A stretch of DNA of 64,000 bases from Octopus sinensis (GCF_006345805.1 NC_043011.1:66166464-66230463); one strand, 5' to 3'. Shown: positions 13,058 to 26,759, numbered from the stretch's first letter. Numbers and translations are program-made. Notes: generated from the letters alone by a model not told the origin.

Positions 13058-14176
13058 ATGACGCTCTCTGCATTTACTTTTGTCCTGCTCATTTGTAAGT
13101 AGTTGCTTCGTGATTCTTCCATTACAAATGAATATCACTTTCAAAATATTTCTCTCTGAGACATTCGATCCACACAGCAAACTAGTCTTATCTTAATTTA
13201 ATGACGTATTAAATACCTAAATATTTTTTCCGCCGTACAAAGTATAACGTCGTGTATATATTAGTATAAACTTTTTCGAAATGCCAGCAATTCCGGGGAG
13301 GGGGAGAAATCCATTTCAATCGACCCTTGTCTTCAAACATGCTTATCGACCTCAGAAGAATGAAAGTCAAAGTCCACATCGGTGGCATTTGAACTGAGAA
13401 CGTTAAGATGGAGAAAATACCACTGGGCATTTTGTCCGACGTGTTAAGCCATATCAGGGGAGAGCCATTTTCTTTCTGTGCCTTATTAATTTAACACACT
13501 CATCGATTTCCAATCATTTTCTTATTTATTTTTATTAAAATGTTCGTTGCGACTTTTCAATATTCATAGACTCTCTCAACTAAATATCTCAAAGAGTGGA
13601 AATCGGTGAATGTGTTAAATTAATAAGAAACTAAGAGAGAATGACTCTCCCTAGACAGAGTAAAATATGCTTCAACTTAAAGAATCGTGCAAACCATATA
13701 GACAGAGGAAATGTGAATATAAATCATATGTGAATTATAGATATATAGGCGCAAGATTGGCTGTGTGGTAAGGGGCTTGCTCACCAACAACATGGTTTCG
13801 GATTCAGAAGCAATGCGTGGCATCTTAAGCAATTGTCTTCTACAGTAGACTCAGGTGAGCCAAAGCCTTCTGAGAGGATTTGGTAGGCGGAAACGCATCG
13901 TGTGTGTGTGTGTGAGCGTGTGTTTGTGTGTGTGTGTATGTTGTGTGTGTAAGTCTGTGTTTGTCCCACATCATTTGACAACCGATGTTGCTAGGTTTAC
14001 TTCCCCGTAACTTAAGTGTTCGGCAGAAGGTTAAGTACAAGGTTAACAAACAATAATTCCTGGGGGCGATTTGTCCGACTAAAGGCAGTGGTCCAGGATG
14101 GCCGCAGTGAAATTAGTGAAACAAGTAAAAGGGTAAATGAATAAAAGGATATACACGTATTATGTGAAAATTATGC

Positions 14177-14224
<48 letters not shown>

Positions 14225-16129
14225 GGCATTATACATACATGCCAGAAGGCATTATACATACATGCCAAACGCTAAGAGGGACAATCAGTCATTTCTACCA
14301 AAAATATTACTAATCCCACCGAATGCAATTTTTCAAAGTAAGACATTTAAAAATATAGACCTGTATCACAGTGATTTCATACTTACGTAATCATCAGCAG
14401 GCCTGAATGTATTATAAATAAACAACGACCCTGCCCCGCTTAAGCCGATCAGCTAACTGATCAACATCAACGAAGCACATGGGTGAGTTTACATATATTA
14501 CATCCGGGTAAATGGCAAACTTTTACGAATTGCATTTCGGGAGAGGAAAAGTTTTTTCGGAATAAAAATTTAGCAATTAAGGACAACTACTTAATAAGGA
14601 AAACTTAACAAGAAATTGTCAGGTAGATAGCGTAAAAACCTCATAAGAGAAAACATTTCGAAAATAATTATTTCTTATTGAACATATTAATTTATATATA
14701 GAGGGCATTATACATACATGCCAGAAGGCATTATACAAACATGCCAAACGCTAAGAGGGACAAACTCACCCATGTGCTTCGTTGATGTTGATCAGTTAGC
14801 TGATCGGCTTAAGCGGGGCAGGGTCGTTGTTTATTTATAATACATTCAGGCCTGCTGATGATTACGTAAGTATGAAATCACTGTGATACAGGTCTATATT
14901 TTTAAATGTCTTACTTTGAAAAATTGCATTCGGTGGGATTAGTAATATTTTTGGTAGAAATGACTGATTGTCCCTCTTAGCGTTTGGCATGTATGTATAA
15001 TGCCTTCTGGCATGTATGTATAATGCCCTCTATATATAAATTAATATGTTCAATAAGAAATAATTATCTTCGAAATTTTTTCTCTTATGAGGTTTTTACG
15101 CTATCTACCTGACAATTTCTTGTTAAGTTTTCCTTATTAAGTAGTTGTCCTTAATTGCTAAATTTTTATTCCGAAAAAAACTTTTCCTCTCCCGAAATGC
15201 AATTCGTAAAAGTTTGCCATTTACCCGGATGTAATATATGTAAACTCACCCATGTGCTTCGTTGATGTTGATCAGTTAGCTGATCGGCTTAAGCGAGGCA
15301 GGGTCGTTGTTTATTTATAATACATTCAGGCCTGCTGATGATTACGTAAGTATGAAATCACTGTGATACAGGTCTATATTTTTAAATGTCTTACTTTGAA
15401 AAATTGCATTCGGTGGGATTAGTAATATTTTTGGTAGAAATGACTGATTGTCCCTCTTAGCGTTTGGCATGTATGTATAATGCCTTCTGGCATGTATGTA
15501 TAATGCCCTCTATATATAAATTAATATGTTCAATAAGAAATAATTATCTTCGAAATTTTTTCTCTTATGAGGTTTTTACGCTATCTACCTGACAATTTCT
15601 TGTTAAGTTTTCCTTATTAAGTAGTTGTCCTTAATTGCTAAATTTTTATTCCGAAAAAACTTTTCCTCTCCCGAAATGCAATTCGTAAAAGTTTGCCATT
15701 TACCCGGATGTAATATATGTAAACTCACCCATGTGCTTCGTTGATGTTGATCAGTTAGCTGATCGGCTTAAGCGAGGCAGGGTCGTTGTTTATTTATAAT
15801 ACATTCAGGCCTGCTGATGATTACGTAAGTATGAAATCACTGTGATACAGGTCTATATTTTTAAATGTCTTACTTTGAAAAATTGCATTCGGTGGGATTA
15901 GTAATATTTTTGGTAGAAATGACTGATTGTCCATCTTAGCGTTTGGCATGTATGTATAATGCCTTCTGGCATGTATGTATAATGCCCTCTATATATAAAT
16001 TAATATGTTCAATAAGAAATAATTATTTTCGAAACTTTTACTCTTATGAGGTTTTTACGCTATCTACCTGACAATTTCTTGTTAAGTTTTCCTTATTAAG
16101 TAGTTGTCCTTAATTGCTATATATATATA

Positions 16130-16193
<64 letters not shown>

Positions 16194-18148
16194 GAAATAT
16201 GTTACGAAAATAAAATATAAAATACACGTGGAAATGTAAGGGTAAAATATGAAAAATCAACGAAATTGCATATTGCAAATAGAAAAAGGCTATTTATGAC
16301 AGGTAGTGACAAGTATATACATTTAGATTGACTATGGTAGTAATACGAGTCATAAAGGTCATTATTATGGGATGATTATAAGATGATAATAAAGTAAGAG
16401 AACAAAACGAACCAGTGGTGTACGCGAAGTCTTGTTTAGTATTTCAGCTAGTTTTCCTTAATCTTTGTATATCTATTTCCTTAGCTCTTTTGATGCCTTC
16501 ATTTACTAATGAGATTGGGTAGTGTATTCTAGTTAGTGTAGATCTAAGTTCAAGGAGTCTATGTTCACGAGTGTATGTATCGGAAACTATGGTGCACATT
16601 CTTTTTGCTAGGTTAACGGGTATGTTGATTCTTATGTGTGTGTGGTAGCAGGAGTTAAATAATAGGTATTGTTTAGAAGCTGTGGGTTTATAAAAGATGT
16701 GGTTGTTAACTATTCTAATCAAGATGTCTAGAAAAGGTAGTTGCTTATTGATGTGTTCCATAGTGAATCGTATATTGCTGTGTATGTTGTTGAACATTCC
16801 TTTGAAATCAAGGAGTCGATCCATGCTATCTTGCCAAAGTATGAAGCAATCATCTAAATATCTCTCCCAGATATATATATATAATATATATATATATATG
16901 TGTGTGTGTGTATATATAAGGTCAAATGTACTGAATGGATCTTTATGAAGTTTGAAAATTATATTCTATGCATAATGGCTAAAACCCCATGACAATTCAT
17001 ATATTTTTGCTGTTGATGAAATTTTAACCATAGATATTAGACAAAAATGAAGTAATGTTTATAAAATTTCATCTTCTTACTAGTTTGAAAGACCCCTCCA
17101 TTGGGACTTAACACCCAAAATTTTGTCATTTTATCTAAACAAAAATGAATACACTTGTGCTCTTGGAAGCTGTAGGGTTACCCGAGCATAACAGATGAGC
17201 ATTATTTGTAATTCAATGGTACACCAGTGTAATAGTTTGCTTTGACATACACGTACACATATCGGCAATGTGTTGCATAAATTGTCAAATAAATAAGAGG
17301 CATCTTTGCCTCCACTGATTCAGTTGCAAAGTATTGAGTAATGTTATTTGATTGCAGGCCTCCTTTCTGTCATTTTATTATAACTCGGTCACACTTAGTC
17401 CCCACATGGTAACATTGATTCCAAGGCCTTCCCAGATGAGTGACTGGATATTCAGATATTTATAGATTATAAATTTAATCTTTCCAGTTACGTATCAGTA
17501 TAGTGGTCATTTGCCAACTCCGGAGATGACACTTTCATTTCTCCTTGGCCCTCACGTCACACAGTTGTTAAGGTTTGTATCATTTGGATCACTCCCTTCC
17601 AATCGCTATAGATCCATAATGCATCTTACGGCTGTGCCTGTCACCTGGATGGTGAGAAATTCTACATTGGGAGTGGTAACGACTATGGTAGGGTAGCTGA
17701 TTGCGTATTGTGATCATTCGTCTTTTGGTTTCCAATAACTTTGCTCTCTTTTACAAATCCGGTGAACATATATTTCCTATTTCAGAGAAATTCAAAAATA
17801 GATATAAGACCCAAATTAAAAAGTTTCTCAACAATTCAAATTCTCTGGTTGACATTAAGATGCCCACCCCCAACAGGGGCCTTAACTCTCACATTTTAGA
17901 ACTCCATGACCTTAACTTTTCAGGAGTAAAATATTTTTAACAGGTTCAATAAGCCTGAAAGTTTGGAATATATCGCATATAAATCTGTAGTATGGGATAC
18001 ATGTGGCACGATTACAATTTCGTTAGGGTGTGTAAAGAGGGAAATAACCCTCCTCTGCAATTTTCCTGAAATTCGGAACATAGTTCATTACAGAAAAGTC
18101 TAATTCTTCAATTGCATATAACACGGGCAACGCCGGGTATCTCTGCTA

Positions 18149-18189
<41 letters not shown>

Positions 18190-18905
18190 GTCAGGGTAGT
18201 AGTTATTTCTTCCACGAAAGATAGAAATGAGCAAATGATTAGGAGTTTACAGAATAAGGTGAAAACTGCAAAGTAATGTGTGAGTAGCTTAGAAGCATGC
18301 AAACACAAGTCAGGAAGCAATAATTAAATCTTGTCTTGAACAAAAATACCTGGGCGAAGAGAAAGGATTTGGGACAGTTATAGAAGAGTTGAAACAGCGC
18401 TTGATATCAAGTAAGCTTTCCAGATATCAGAATGGAAGAGCCAACTACCATGAGGACGTTTTGCTCCAAATAGATCAGAGGAGATATTATAAGAATATAT
18501 TTAATCAAAACCAAGTCTTAATCCTTCCAAAACGCCGCGTTTTGACATTTTGCAACAGATGTTTGTTTGACTTTCTATAACATTCCATATTTCAAGAAAA
18601 TATTGCATTATATTATCTGGTTCAAAATGTAATTTTAATAAATTATTTGATATCATAAACCGGTTAAGCAATAATAACAAAAATATTTATTTTGTAGGGG
18701 TAGCTAATTCACTATCGTGCGAAAGTATGGCAAAACGATTTTGCTCATCGACATATAACTATTATTTATCATATGACCCGAACTGTACGTACGTATCACC
18801 TTATTTCTACCTTATATTGATAGTTCGATACACATATATACTTAAATATGCTTGCGTTTGTGTGTACGTGTGGGACGGCGTGTTTATAATATAGACTTAA
18901 TGACC

Positions 18906-18956
<51 letters not shown>

Positions 18957-19637
18957 TATGTCTTTCCCTTATGAAGTTCTTCATGATAACTATCTGATAA
19001 ATTCTTATACAGATTTTCTCCTATTTTAAGTTGTATTTATATAATGAAAATAAGCAACAAGGATACCCATGATAGTGTGGTACAGTCGTTTCATGGTTCA
19101 TCAGTTTTAACATATAGAGCAATCTCCAGTCACATATAGAATTATTTTTGATTCAATAGACAATGGAAATTTTTATACTTATTTCATTCGCCAATATTAC
19201 GAAGAGGGTAGATGTATAGATATGTAGATATATGGAAATAGTAGGACCTTTTTTATCACTGATTTCCCTTTGCTATTTAGATTTATCAATGGGGAGGGTT
19301 TTTTTTATTTGGTTCAATGGAGACCAACAAGATTTTTTTAAATTATAGATAGAGGAAGGTGTAGTACAAATGTCAAAGCCATAAATCCAACTCCATTATG
19401 AGGAATTTAACTTTGGCATATTTGAATGTATTTTAGCTATAGTTAGTAGGCTGAAGTTAGTTGTGTAGGCAGAATAGAGACTACTTAGTCTCTAAAGGTT
19501 TTTAATGTCACTTACCATTTAACAGCCATAATTCCGTTTGTGAATTTTAAATAAATATCCTATAGATAGTTTTTTCCAAAGGATTCCAATACATTTTATT
19601 ATCTTATATAGGGATAGAAAATATAGAAATTATTTCA

Positions 19638-19693
<56 letters not shown>

Positions 19694-20962
19694 TTCAGCA
19701 AAATATTAAATATGACCTAGAATGGGAAATAGTTAGAAAGGCAGTACCTTATAGAAATAATAGGGTGGGTTGTCAACTCTGTTGCATGGAGACATATGAG
19801 ATTCTAAAGCATAGAAAAAATAAAAATCTACTGAATAACCGTATAGAGGTGGGTCAGTCTTGCATTCACTCAAAAATCAAAACTCTAAAATATTTCAAAT
19901 AGATATTTGCAAGTTCTCCTACTGTTTGTTCTTTCCAACTGCATTTTTTAAATTAAATAAATAAATAGTATCTGTACTATGAAAATTTTTAATTGACTTT
20001 ATAGTCAATTTAATTAGCCTTACTTAAATCATATAAACTGCTAATCTGTCCTAATTATATTCTAAATTTAAAATGTAATATTATTCCCTTACTCATTCAT
20101 TTGATGTTCACCATGAATTTTGGATATGTAAGATTCCCCTACCTTGTGCTATTGAATTTGTTTGACCTCTAGGTGTTGACCAAAATCCTTCTTACGATTA
20201 TAAACATAAGTTAAAATAAAAACAATAATAAATAATTAAGCTTCTATTCTAGTGTTAACCTTAATTTTCTTACTGTATCTCCCTCTACCGACAACCTATG
20301 ACCTCTTTAGTGCTTTCCTTTATTCTTTCTCCTACCATTAATTCTATGAGTTTCTCAGTTCAAGGCTAATATTGGCTAAACTTACAGTTCTTTTATGAAT
20401 GTAAGATTCCTTCTACACTACCTAGATTTTCTGTCACCACGGATATAGACTGACCTTTGTCGTTGGTATCATTATTCCTTCTTACACCTCCATTTCTTTT
20501 CTTCTGATGTCCTTTGCTTTAGCCAAACCTACCCCGCTATCTTTCTTGCTACTACTATAGAAATTTGTCTACAGCAGTTAGATGCGAGCTTAACCGTGGT
20601 ATGACCAACATATTTCCTCATGCCTCTTGGAACTTAAACCCACGTTTTTCTGAGAAGACTTTTATGTCATTAATCATTTTAAAACTTTGTATTTTTGGAA
20701 AACATATATAGTATGCTTGGAATCTTACTTCAGATTCATGGAACTCACTCCTATAACTTCATAAGGCTATTTACACTCTCTAAGAATATATGGAAAACCT
20801 ATATGTGATTTAGCTGCTGAATACTTGACATTATATTTGCTGTAATATTTGCAGCTTGAAATTAAATGTTTTTAGTATGAAACAATTGTACTAATCTACC
20901 GATTCATTCTTGTTGCTTTTTTATTGGTTATATATATATATATAATATATATATATATGATG

Positions 20963-21016
<54 letters not shown>

Positions 21017-21051
21017 TATATTTCGGAATGGTCATTTTGCCAGTTTAGCCA

Positions 21052-21094
<43 letters not shown>

Positions 21095-24000
21095 AGAAGA
21101 GTGAGATGATAAAGAGATAAGCAATTATCCTACTGAAATCAAATTGCCTCCACTCTTTTAAGAGCGGGATTCCACGCACCTTCTGCACACACACACACAT
21201 ACCCTACACCGAGCAGGTACACACATACACACACATATAAATATATCGTTTATTCGAGCAAATTCAATCAATATCTAATGCGTAGCAAGGCGCTGAGCAG
21301 GCAGAAACGCTAGCATGTCGGGCGAAATGCTCAATCGTATTTTGTCTTTCATAATTTGAGGTCGATAAAATAAGAACCATTTCATATTGCTGTTGATATA
21401 TATGATCGACTGGCATCTCCCCAAAATTTCGAGTCTTGTACCTAGAGTATAAAACGATATTAAAGGCGTAGAGTACAATATTGTATTTAATCTAATGTCG
21501 AGATGTGCAGGATTTTCCGTCATTTAAAGAACAGATTTTCGTTCTTTTTAATAACATTTTCCCCGCTCATATTAGTGCTTATATGAAGTATAAGGTAATG
21601 ATTTCGTTACATACATTAATTGCAAAAAATCTCACTTCATATATTAACAACAGTACGAAGCGGTTGCAATGCAGGATTCGTTAACACAGGTAAATGTTAC
21701 AAGCCTTTGAGTTATTTTATAAACATTGTGAACGTAAAAGCTAATTTCGCTCAGTTTCCTTATCAGCTCATGCAATCATCGATACTCCTTTCTGGTATAG
21801 GCAAAGGGCCTAAATTTTGGGTGAGTGGTTTTGCTCAGTACATAGGTTCCAGTACTCTGCTGTATTTCTTTTATCGTCCTGGGCGTGGGGGAACGTAACA
21901 TCGACCTCGGCAGCATTTGACCTCAGTGTGTAAACATGGATGAAATAGTATTAAACATTTTGTCTCTATTGTCATTAAAACTATTCTAATACAAATTTGG
22001 TACATCGTTTTTAGGCAACCTGAACATAAGCCTGTCGCAATAATGAAAGGAAATTATATTAATATGGTAGAAAATTTAGACGTTGATGAATTTAATATTA
22101 GTGTCACGTCTCTTCCAGTGGTTACAGATCTTTTTTGGAATGCTTTCAAGGACATGACAAAGAATGTTATAAAACCTTTGAATACATGCCTAGCTGTATG
22201 GTAAGGAATGTATTTTTAATTTCATTTTAATGCTACACGTTTACGTCAATGAATAACATAATAAATTATATTTCTTATTGATCATTCTTCGATTACATTT
22301 TGAATAGAAAATGAATTCTAACAAACGATAAATCTAATGTTAACAATCTATCCAGTTCCTACTCTATCTGCCATCTTGATGGCAGATATATATTGACGAA
22401 AAGAAAAGTTTATTCATTTTAGGTAATTACATCTACAACAACAGTTATATCAAATATACACTTTATAATCATTCCATTCTAATTCCCATTTAGGCGCTAT
22501 ATTCGATACAATTTCTGGTCAAGCGTAAAGATGCCAGACAGCAATTCATAGGGGTAACTTCTTGTATTCCATAGTTCGATTGAACATATGAGAATGCGTG
22601 TTAACTTCCGTTAATGGGGGGAAGTAATAAATAAAAATTTCTCAATTCCATTTGTATGGAAACAAATCCTAAGCAATCTCAATAACGGACAAACATTTTC
22701 ACTTCCCATTCTTAAATATGAACGCAGATGTTTGAGTGATTCGGGATTTACAAAATGTTTTGTGATTATGTCGATAAAATTCTGGAATCTTTCCTGTTTG
22801 TATATGCTTTAAACAGTCATAATCTGAATAATTACAAAGAAGATGAATTTCGAAGCCTAAATTTTGGGAGAAGAGTTTTAATGAAAATACAGTAATTGAA
22901 GGAAGGGCATCGAGGGGCATTGCATACCCAACGTGCAGATAAATACTTTCGTAAATTATAGTGTGACTTAGAATGCGTAGCTTACACATATTTTTCACTG
23001 AATCGAATTAAACAATAATCATGATTGTGAAGAACAATGTGAAGAAAACGAAATACTTATAGAAAATATTCCAAAGAATATTGGGAAGTGATTTCAACGT
23101 CTTTCAATTATGTCAGATAAATCCAATGTACTGAAGTTCGATATAGGATATAGATAATATGACCACTTGCTATCGGGAAATTTGTCGGTTCGATTTAGCT
23201 TTTTTGTAAGTATCACCATTATATTTATTTATGCTCCGGTGAAATTAAGAAATCGACTCGAAAATAAAAGAAACCTTTGTATCCGTCAGTTTATACAGAC
23301 ACGCTCATATACACACACACACACACACGAACACGCACGGACGGACACACACACGGACACATAGTCGCATATCTCTGAACGTGTTTTTTGCACGCATGTA
23401 CCCACACGTGTCTACGCGCATATGTACAAAATGATCTGTGTATACGCAGACGAGGGTAGATTCATATGAAAAAGAACGTAAAGAAAACGAAGTATTTGCA
23501 TAGAATATTGAGAAAGTTATTCAAAGTATTTCAACCATGACAGTTTGGTCAAGCGTACAGAATTTCATTGTAGGATATAAATAATATGGACCCTTGATTA
23601 TCGAGAAATTTGTGAATTCTATTTCTTTTTGAAAGCATCAACATTATAGGTATTTATACTCAGGTTATATTACGAAATCATCTCGTAAACAAAGGGAAAC
23701 CTCGAATCCATCGGTGTACACACACATACACACACTCACACGAACAAACAAACATCACCCGCACAAATGCACACACAGAGTTGCATATCTACGTATATAC
23801 TTATATATGTTTGAAGATAATCAAACCAAATTGTCATAATTTCCAACCGCTCCCCCAGTATGTTTGCCAAATTTGATGAAAATATGTGCAGCCGTTTACC
23901 AGAAATTTTACAAATACACAGAGAGACAAACAAAGACGAGCGATTACAATACCCTGCTTTCGCATACGCGCGTAGACTAAATGTTTCCTCTCAGAAGTTT

Positions 24001-26130
24001 TGCAGTCAATGTAAAATAAATCTTAATTAAAATATGAAAAATATTAGGTTTTTCAACCTAAGCGTTCCTTATTATTTAATGAATTAATTTCCAGCAGATC
24101 AATAAAAACACGAGAAACTATCTGGATTATTTTTTCATATCTTTATATTATGAACGATAGAATTTGATTAAATGACATCTCCCAGTGACGACCACGGTAG
24201 AAACCCCAACTCCCATTCATCGTTTTATTAATAACTAATCGCACATAGAATATTACTGGCAGTTTTATAACTATCGTTGTTTTTTGAAAAATAGGGTTAG
24301 ATAAATGCATTGAATAACATTAAATACGGGCTTTTTTCCGACATTCGATTCACTATATATTCTGTCTCACATTTCAGCAGAATGATGGTTCAAATAAGAA
24401 AGCGAAGGTATGTGAATTCCCAGTAAATACTATACTAATATGATAATTTTATTCGAATCTCCAAGATATTATTTCCATTTTACTACAGCATATACCACGT
24501 ACACTGGTGTGTAAAATGCATATGCTTTCTTTAGGTGTGAACTCCAAAAGTGAACTGTAAGAAGTGGAGCCATAATAGGAATATATGGCCGAATACAGCT
24601 CGTGCGTTGCCCCTATAAGTATTAACAATAAAATACTTCAAAAAAGCTGCAGTATGGCATTGTCACTAACGACCGATTCAAGCAATATCAGCGGTTATAT
24701 GGATAAATCTCATCATCTCTTTATACTCTCTTCTAAAACATATGGAACCTACATATGAAGTCATATTATTCCTTGCCCAAATGAAATAATCTGTCAAAAG
24801 TGGAAGATGAAAAAGACGTCAAACTATAATTCAGAGCGTATTTGCAATGAGTGGAAGACAACAAAGCCATTGTTTTGAAACACTATCCTTTTAGCTGCTC
24901 GATATCCTTACAGTTTACATTCGTGCCTGGCAGTTATGTTAAGTAAACATAGACATTTACGCAGTTGATCGGGAAACGATAAATCTGCGAGACAGTGCTG
25001 GTATAACTTATGGTTCCATATATATTGCTAGTGTATAATCACATAATTGTATTTCTATGCACTCACTCATACATTTTCCATTATTTACAGACATTAAATT
25101 ATCTACCAAGCACTGTATGATGAAAGTTACTAAATTTCATTTTCCACAAAATATAGTTTTAAAACTCGGTTACGCTCCATGTAAGAATATTCAATAATCC
25201 CATTCAAATATCTTGTATCTCTGGCGGATATTTATCTCATCTGCCTCACCATAAACTACAAAATTTCTACAACATTTGCCGAAACTAACCACCCCAAAAG
25301 AGTCGAACCTACACATTATCACAGAATCACGTCCATACATTTTTGCTTTTTGCGGGGGGAAACATAAATTGCATTTTTAAACTTCATTCTAATATTATTT
25401 TGCATAGTGCATCTTTTTATTGAGGTTTCATCACATATTTTTTATAATTAATAAATCATCTAATAACATTGATTATTTGCAGAGCACAATATAACACAAT
25501 TGCCGTATATCCATTACTAATTGCATTATGATTATGATATCACTTCAAAGCAGTTTAGACACCAATCAAATGAAAATTGTCATATTATTATGTTAGCTAT
25601 GCATTAAAATTAATAGTAATTTATAAATATACCAAAATGTGAAAGACAATTTCCTTTGCCCATAACATACAGGAGCAATCACACGTAGGATTCTCACATG
25701 AATATCATGAAATTCGCTTCAATTTCGAACCACTCTTGAAGCCTCCGGGTTTTAATCAGCTCCTCATGCTTGTTGTCACGTAACCATCTCGCGCTGCCTA
25801 TGTGGGACAGGGAGAACTGAAGTTGGCTTTATCCTGGACACTTTCCATCTGCCATTTCTTTATGGAAAAATCTACCAGGGATTGCTCTATGTTGCCATTG
25901 ACATCTTTTTGATTGTTGGAATACATTCTAGGTTTTTGAAACCAATGTTTTTTCAGCAAAATCTCTCTCGATAATTGTGTGTTCCATTCTAAACAATATA
26001 TAAAGAAAATGTTTACATAATCACATCAAATTACTTTCATTAATTACATATTTTTCTATTCGATTTGCAGGTAACATCTCAACAAACATTCCTTACAGCA
26101 CTTGGGGTTACTTTATTAATAAAATACTGA
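13058..26130 (+). CDS. Gene 2: secreted/GPI-anchored 6-Cys protein, 99 aa, 5 exons
   Basis: Exons 13058-13094, 18698-18788, 22119-22200, 24378-24407, 26071-26130, GT-AG, same lengths and phases as gene 1. Protein MTLSAFTFVLLIWVANSLSCESMAKRFCSSTYNYYLSYDPNCTGYRSFLECFQGHDKECYKTFEYMPSCMQNDGSNKKAKVTSQQTFLTALGVTLLIKY*. Confidence 0.9.
13290..13450 (-). mobile_element. Degenerate SINE (family of 32713)
   Basis: atcgacc...gaatgaaagtcaaagtcc..ggcatttgaactgagaacg is the reverse complement of the SINE body. Confidence 0.55.
13748..14150 (+). mobile_element. Octopus-type tRNA-derived SINE with internal (TG)n
   Basis: ggcgcaagattggctgtgtggtaag head, internal microsatellite, gccgcagt...gaaacaagtaaaag tail; similar to 44191 and 46075. 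Confidence 0.75.
14357..14404 (-). ncRNA. Type I hammerhead ribozyme motif (copy in the forward unit)
   Basis: Reverse complement of the motif at 14848-14895. Confidence 0.7.
14848..14895 (+). ncRNA. Type I hammerhead ribozyme motif
   Basis: AGGCCTG-CTGATGA-t TAC gtaa GTA t-GAAA-TCAC t GTGA-TA-CAGGTCT: 7-bp stem I, intact core, GNRA-capped stem II, near-palindromic stem III, AUA triplet. Confidence 0.75.
15328..15375 (+). ncRNA. Type I hammerhead ribozyme motif
   Basis: Identical motif 480 nt downstream of 14848. Confidence 0.75.
15807..15854 (+). ncRNA. Type I hammerhead ribozyme motif
   Basis: Identical motif 479 nt downstream of 15328. Confidence 0.75.
16440..16830 (-). mobile_element. 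Penelope-like RT C-terminal fragment
   Basis: ORF 16444..16824: FNNIHSNIRFTME..LPFLDILI..FYKPTASKQYL.FNSC..NIP.NLAKRMCTIVSD..GYP-like helix. Confidence 0.8.
17950..18150 (+). mobile_element. 3' end of Helentron/HINE-like element
   Basis: cacgggcaacgccgggtatctctgctagt (hairpin plus CTAGT), same type of end as 37830-37854. Confidence 0.5.
18200..18570 (+). mobile_element. Degenerate R4/Dong-like LINE ORF fragment
   Basis: IEELKQRL..KLSRY..QIDQRRYY..LTF resembles the pre-RT region of R4-clade ORFs. Confidence 0.5.
19140..19905. mobile_element. Penelope-like GIY-YIG endonuclease fragments split by (TA)n
   Basis: 19695-19905 (+) gives LEWEIVRKAVPY..CQLCCMETYEIL..LLNNRIEVGQSCIH. 19140-19640 appears to be PLE-like sequence on the opposite strand. 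Confidence 0.6.
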
Positions 26131-26753
26131 ATATGAAATAGTTATTTGCCTGTGTTCGACTGTAATTTTGACTGAAGCCCAGGCTTATATGTCGGAAATC
26201 TACCTTTATAATGAAAAGAACTATGGGAAAGGAAACATATTCTTGGCATATTTATGAAATCTGAAAATCCAGCATCATCAGAATATGCTTTTGAATACAA
26301 TCGTTTGTGTGAGTGTATATTAGTATATTTATATATATATACACTAACAACGCGCACGAACATATACAGGTGAATTTCCGAAAGAATTCTTTCCACCTTC
26401 CATGAAACACCTCACCTAACAAAGTTTAAATTAATATGCAACAGGTTTTGTCATACTTGCTTAAATTGTAGTAAACGAAATTATATTATCCATTTTTAAA
26501 TGGAGTGAATGAAGTTTTTCCTCCTTACATGATAATCTGAATCATGTGTAATGCTGAGTTCGAATATGTGTTTAGTATTTGCCCATTGCATACAGATTCA
26601 GCAGAGACGGTTGCCAAAGGTATGATGGTTTTTCTTGTCATTCATCCCCCCTTTCGTGGCAAACTTTTAGATAAAAGTATGAAGAAATCAAGAACAGGTG
26701 GATGGAACACTAATCAAAAACGATATAAAAAGTGTATATAGGCTTACATATTG

Positions 26754-26759
26754 AATAAA
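26754..26759 (+). promoter_or_regulatory. Candidate polyadenylation signal of gene 2
   Basis: AATAAA in the block conserved with 10311-10316. Confidence 0.45.

Larger units (their letters stand above)
14220..16128. repeat. ~480-bp tandem array with an inversion: about 1.15 units forward, then about 2.85 units reversed; hammerhead-bearing (retrozyme/PLE-pLTR-like)
   Basis: Near-identical units at 14220-14693, 14764-15243, 15244-15722 and 15723-16128 (partial), flanked on both sides by (TA)n. Confidence 0.9.

Noticed and set aside
14220-16128. CRISPR-like or satellite interpretation of the 480-bp array
   Set aside because: There is no repeat-spacer alternation and the context is eukaryotic. 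The hammerhead content and inversion favour a retroelement origin.
23040-23720. Degenerate ~430-bp tandem duplication in gene 2 intron 3
   Set aside because: An old local duplication with no coding or structural signal.
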